A DNA stretch of 63,721 bases, the filler included, from Octopus bimaculoides (Eukaryota): NCBI RefSeq assembly GCF_001194135.2. It is 3 parts of 2 records of this genome, joined end to end, with 100 filler letters (N's around TTAATTAATTAA, not from the genome) between each part and the next. Parts side by side here need not be neighbours in the genome. Positions count along the whole stretch, not along the records: positions 53,236 to 63,721 come from NC_068982.1; 2 more parts are not named here. One strand, written 5' to 3'. The notes below the pieces were generated by a model. It did no database searches. It was given only the letters and a program-made list of their open reading frames with translations, and was not told where the DNA came from. Positions 59,806 through 63,721 of this stretch are shown here, piece by piece. Position 1 is the stretch's first letter. Each line of letters begins with the position of its first letter. Made by a program: the position numbers and the translations under genes.

Positions 59806-60531
59806 TAGTTCAGCTTCGAAATGACATTTTATGCCAGTTAAAGAGGTTAGTATTAAATAAAAACATCAGGTCACACATTTTTGGAGAGATGGTAGACTAT
59901 ATCTGATAGATTTAGTACATAAATGATACTTTTTTTATTGACTCAGAAAGCGTTAAAAGCAAGACTTGCTCTTGCAGAATTCCGATTATTACTATTACTA
60001 CTTATATTACTATTGCAACTATTAGTAATAATTGGGTATAGGTGCAACAACTTTAGGAGGGTAAGTCATATTTGACAGGTAACTTGTTTTATCGTCTCCG
60101 AATGGATGAAAACCCAAATCGTTCTCAACAGAAAAATTCAAATCCAGGCTGCAAAAACTGGGACAAATATCTCAAAGCAGTTTTCTCAACTCTCTAGCGA
60201 TAGTGCCATCATGCCGACTTTAAATTTTCCTAATTTTCTTCACAGTCAGTCGGTACCATCAAAACCTGTACTTGACAGGTTCTTTACTTTATCAATCAAA
60301 CTAGTTTAAAGGGTGTTGTAGACCTCGCCGTAACTTGGGCATAAAATGCAAATTACCAAAGGTAACACCGCAAAGTAATTTTGTGCTTCCTATAGCTCTA
60401 ATGATTCTAAGCCCTTATTATATTAATTCAGCGTCATTATTATAATTATTGTTAAGGCGAGTGCAAAGAAATTTTGTTCACCTCCATATAGATACTGCTA
60501 GTTCGATTTGCGTCTAATATCATATAAAATC

Positions 60532-61560
60532 ATAAGACCGTGAGCTGGCTGGATCGCTAACATACCGGGCAAACTGCTTAGCAGTATTTCAATGGCTCTT
60601 TACGTTCTGAGTCCAAATTCCGCCGAGGTTGACTTTGCCGTTTGTCCTCTCAGAGGCAATGAAATAAGTATCGGTTTAATAATGGGGTCTAAGTAATGGA
60701 CTAACTACCTCCCCCGACATTTCAGGTTTTGTGCCTATCGTAAAAAAGGAATATTATATACAATTACAATATAACAATCAGGCAGAGTTAGCACGCAGGA
60801 GTAAATGACGGACGAACTGCGTAGTGGCAGTTCGTCTGTCTTTGCGATCTAAGCTCAAATTCTGTTGAGAATGACTTTGCCTTTCATCCTCTCGGAGTTC
60901 AAATAAGTACCATTTGAGAACTGAATGGTATGTAATCGACTTACTCCTGTTCCCGAAATAGCTGACCTGGTGCCACAATTTGAAACCAAAATTATATACA
61001 ATTATTTAAAGGGACAAGATGACCACGCCGGACAAAATACTGACCAGCATTTCTTCCGTTTTTATGTTCAAAGGTCAAATGTCACCGAGGCCAACTTTGC
61101 CTTTCCTCCTTTCGGATGCGATATAATAAGTACCAATTGAGCGCTTGGGTCGATGTAATTGATATATTTCCTCCAACGGAATTGTTGGCCTTGTGTTAAG
61201 ATTTCAAACTAAAATTATATACAATTATATACAGAGTTATATACAATTATATACAGAGTTATTCAAAATTGCTTTTTGCATTCAAATGAAAAATATAATG
61301 TTTATTCTTTGTTTTGTTCCAATATTTTTATATACTATAGCGGAGAGCTGGCAGAATCGTTAGCACGCCGGGTGAAATGCTTAGCGGTATTTCGTCTGTC
61401 TTTATGTTCTGAGTTCAAATTCCGGCAAGGCCAACTTTGCATTTCATTCTTTCAGGGTCAATAAATTAAGTACCAGTTGCATACTGGTTCGCTCTAGTCG
61501 ACTTTATCTGTCCTTGCTTGTCCCCTCTATGTCTAGCCCCCTGTGGACAATAAAAAAATA
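60532..61560 (+). mobile_element. Four SINE-B copies in direct tandem (about 60532-60752, 60778-60990, 61005-61210, 61337-61560)
   Basis: Four central blocks and three tail types. Copy 4 has a perfect 16-bp TSD AATATTTTTATATACT (61321-61336 and 61561-61576). Confidence 0.9.
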
Positions 61561-61890
61561 AATATTTTTATATACTTCCGATGTTATATTTGTCATTTGG
61601 TCATAAACGTATTTTGTTTTACTAGTTCAAACACACACATACACGCTCACAGGTACACACATCAATACATACACATGCACTTATACAAAACCGATACATA
61701 CATACACACGCTCACACGCACATACACACAAACGCACGCACAAACATACGCATATACACTGGTTATTTAAGCGGTTCGGTGGCCTATTGCTCCGGAACTT
61801 TCACCGCATGCCCTTGATGCAGTTGCCATTAGTGAACTACTGTACTCTATGATAACATTGAGTATTCTTTCTCCCGATCGTTACCAAACA

Positions 61891-61891
61891 A

Positions 61892-61922
<31 letters not shown>

Positions 61923-61943
61923 GTGTGTATGTGTGTGTATGTG

Positions 61944-62032
<89 letters not shown>
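61891..62032. repeat. (GT)n microsatellite
   Basis: Direct reading. Confidence 0.98.
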
Positions 62033-62034
<2 letters not shown>

Positions 62035-62504
62035 TAGTGGGATACAGTGAAGAAAGAGAGACATTTCATAAACAAAAGAGATAGGATATTCCTTGTTCTG
62101 CTATAATGTAGCGGAAATAGTGTTCAACAGTTCAATCCTACCTAATTCAGCAGCTCAGATGGTCCGTGATACTGACAGTATGCAATAGCCCCCGTGGTTT
62201 ACTGGAATCTCTGACAAACTGTGTACAAAAGGTGAACTCGGAGGAAGTTTAATGAGAGTAGAGAAAATATGGATGAAGCGTGTGTTCTGTACCAGGATAT
62301 ATGTAGGGAAGAATACAAAGAACGACAAACGAGGTATACATTCCCAGATTTCAACAGAACATCCTTTTCAACAGGTTAATATAAAGCATTTGGATCATTC
62401 TATAAAATAAAACTTTTAGCTTGTGAGTGAATTTCGTAGGCAGAATCTGTGTGGATTTCATATTTATATATACAAGTGTGCATGTGTGTGTGTGTGTGTG
62501 AAAA

Positions 62505-62587
<83 letters not shown>

Positions 62588-62671
62588 NNNNNNNNNNNNN
62601 NNNNNNNNNNNNNNNNNNNNNNNNNNNNNNNNNNNNNNNNNNNNNNNNNNNNNNNNNNNNNNNNNNNNNNN

Positions 62672-62703
<32 letters not shown>

Positions 62704-62720
62704 AGAGAGAGAGAGAGAGA
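62505..62720. repeat. (GA)n microsatellite spanning a gap
   Basis: Direct reading. Confidence 0.95.
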
Positions 62721-62821
62721 CTGTGTGCCCGCACGTGTGTAGGCATGTAGGTATATATGAGTGCGCGTAAGTATATATGCGTATATATGGGTGGTTGTAT
62801 GTGTTAGTGTATGCGTGTCTA

Positions 62822-63005
62822 AGTTTGTTTCCACTGCTTGTCGACTGGTCTTGGTTTATTGTCGTCCCCGTAAATTAGCGGTGTGACAAAGGATTCCAGT
62901 AGAATAAATACATGACTTTAAAAAAATAAAAGAAAAGAAAAAACACTGGATGCGACTTTATCGCCGAAATCCTTCGAGGCTGCCGTTCAATGACTAAGAG
63001 AAGTC
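62822..63005 (+). mobile_element. Old SINE-A 3' half
   Basis: CGTCCCCGTAAATTAGCGG..TAGAATAAATAC. Confidence 0.7.
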
Positions 63006-63548
63006 AAGGAATACTTTACCGTTGTTACTGTATTGTTTTGTTGACCAAATGCTCTAGATGATGTCTGTTGTTCATAGTGAATATTCCAGTTATTATGCTG
63101 TAAACACAGTTTGACAAATAGTATCTGAAACTATATAGGTTCCGACAGTCTTATACCAGTGCTTGAAATATGTGAAAATGAATAACATTTACTTAAATAA
63201 TGGGCAAATTGTAAGTGAATATCTCCTATCTAAACCAATCACTAGAGACTTATGCTTGGTGGCTGTACATACACAGATATACACACAGATACATATACAG
63301 TTATGACATTCTGTTAAGTACGTAGTAGAGTACAGTATAAAACTCGTCCACTTTCGAATTTCCCCCCGTGCTATCCAGTAGTAGGATTATACGTATTTCT
63401 AGGTTTGTGTTTGGGCTTCTGTCGTGTGTGAATAGATTACTGGAAACGTTTTGGAGTCAACAAGTAGAAGTACAGTTGGACATTTATTTTCAATCACTAC
63501 AATTGTTTCCAAGCAATGTAGTTCTCATATATATGTATATATATATAT

Positions 63549-63696
63549 GATGTAAGAGGCTTGCTTCCCAGCCGCATGGTTCCGGGTTCAGTTCCACTGC
63601 GTGGCACCTTCGGCAAGTGTCTTTTACCGTACCCTCGGGCCGACCAAAGACTTGTGAGTGGATTTAGTAGACGGAAACTGAAAGGAGCCCGTCGTA
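63549..63696 (+). mobile_element. SINE-A 5' half (runs to window end)
   Basis: CATGGTTCCGGGTTCAGTTCCACTGCGTGGCACCTTCGGCAAGTGTC..GACGGAAACTGAAAGGAGCCCGTCG. Confidence 0.92.
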
Positions 63697-63721
63697 TATA
63701 TATATATATATATATATATAT

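Noticed and set aside
60532-61560. Repeat-spacer-like periodicity reminiscent of a CRISPR array
   Set aside because: The units are about 220-bp diverged SINEs in eukaryotic DNA; there are no short identical repeats and no cas genes.
1284-62834. Long ORFs in the supplied track (for example 3301-4797, 21521-22600, 57896-59212) and homopolymeric M/L/Y/H/S/V stretches
   Set aside because: They are made of N gaps and di/trinucleotide microsatellites, which lack stop codons; they are not coding evidence.

Overview
This is eukaryotic, AT-rich, draft-assembly DNA. It contains roughly 8 kb of N gaps (most next to microsatellites) and two 100-bp scaffold linkers (N44-TTAATTAATTAA-N44). I can identify no host gene with confidence, and the long ORFs in the track are artefacts of N runs and simple repeats. 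The repeat content (several abundant tRNA-derived SINE families and extreme CA/TA/GA/GATA microsatellite load) suggests an octopus or other coleoid cephalopod; this is an inference. Supportable elements are a non-autonomous Helitron with both termini and a helicase C-terminal relic, two mariner derivatives (one built from two left ends), a 123-bp mariner-type MITE, a maT/DD37D-like transposase relic, an RTE LINE 3' fragment and about 50 SINE copies or fragments. The most interesting signal is self-cleaving RNA. Two tandem type I hammerhead ribozymes lie 357 nt apart on the minus strand at 54.5-55.0 kb, a retrozyme-like arrangement; each copy has different core mutations, so their consensus rebuilds a complete ribozyme. 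A minimal Penelope-type hammerhead sits at 26.3 kb and a decayed one at 124-178. Weaker leads include a recursive-splice-site-like motif, a candidate 140-nt exon, serial SINE insertion at one target motif and modular SINE head/tail swapping. Family labels SINE-A/B/C are working names. SINE boundaries are approximate, especially for old copies.
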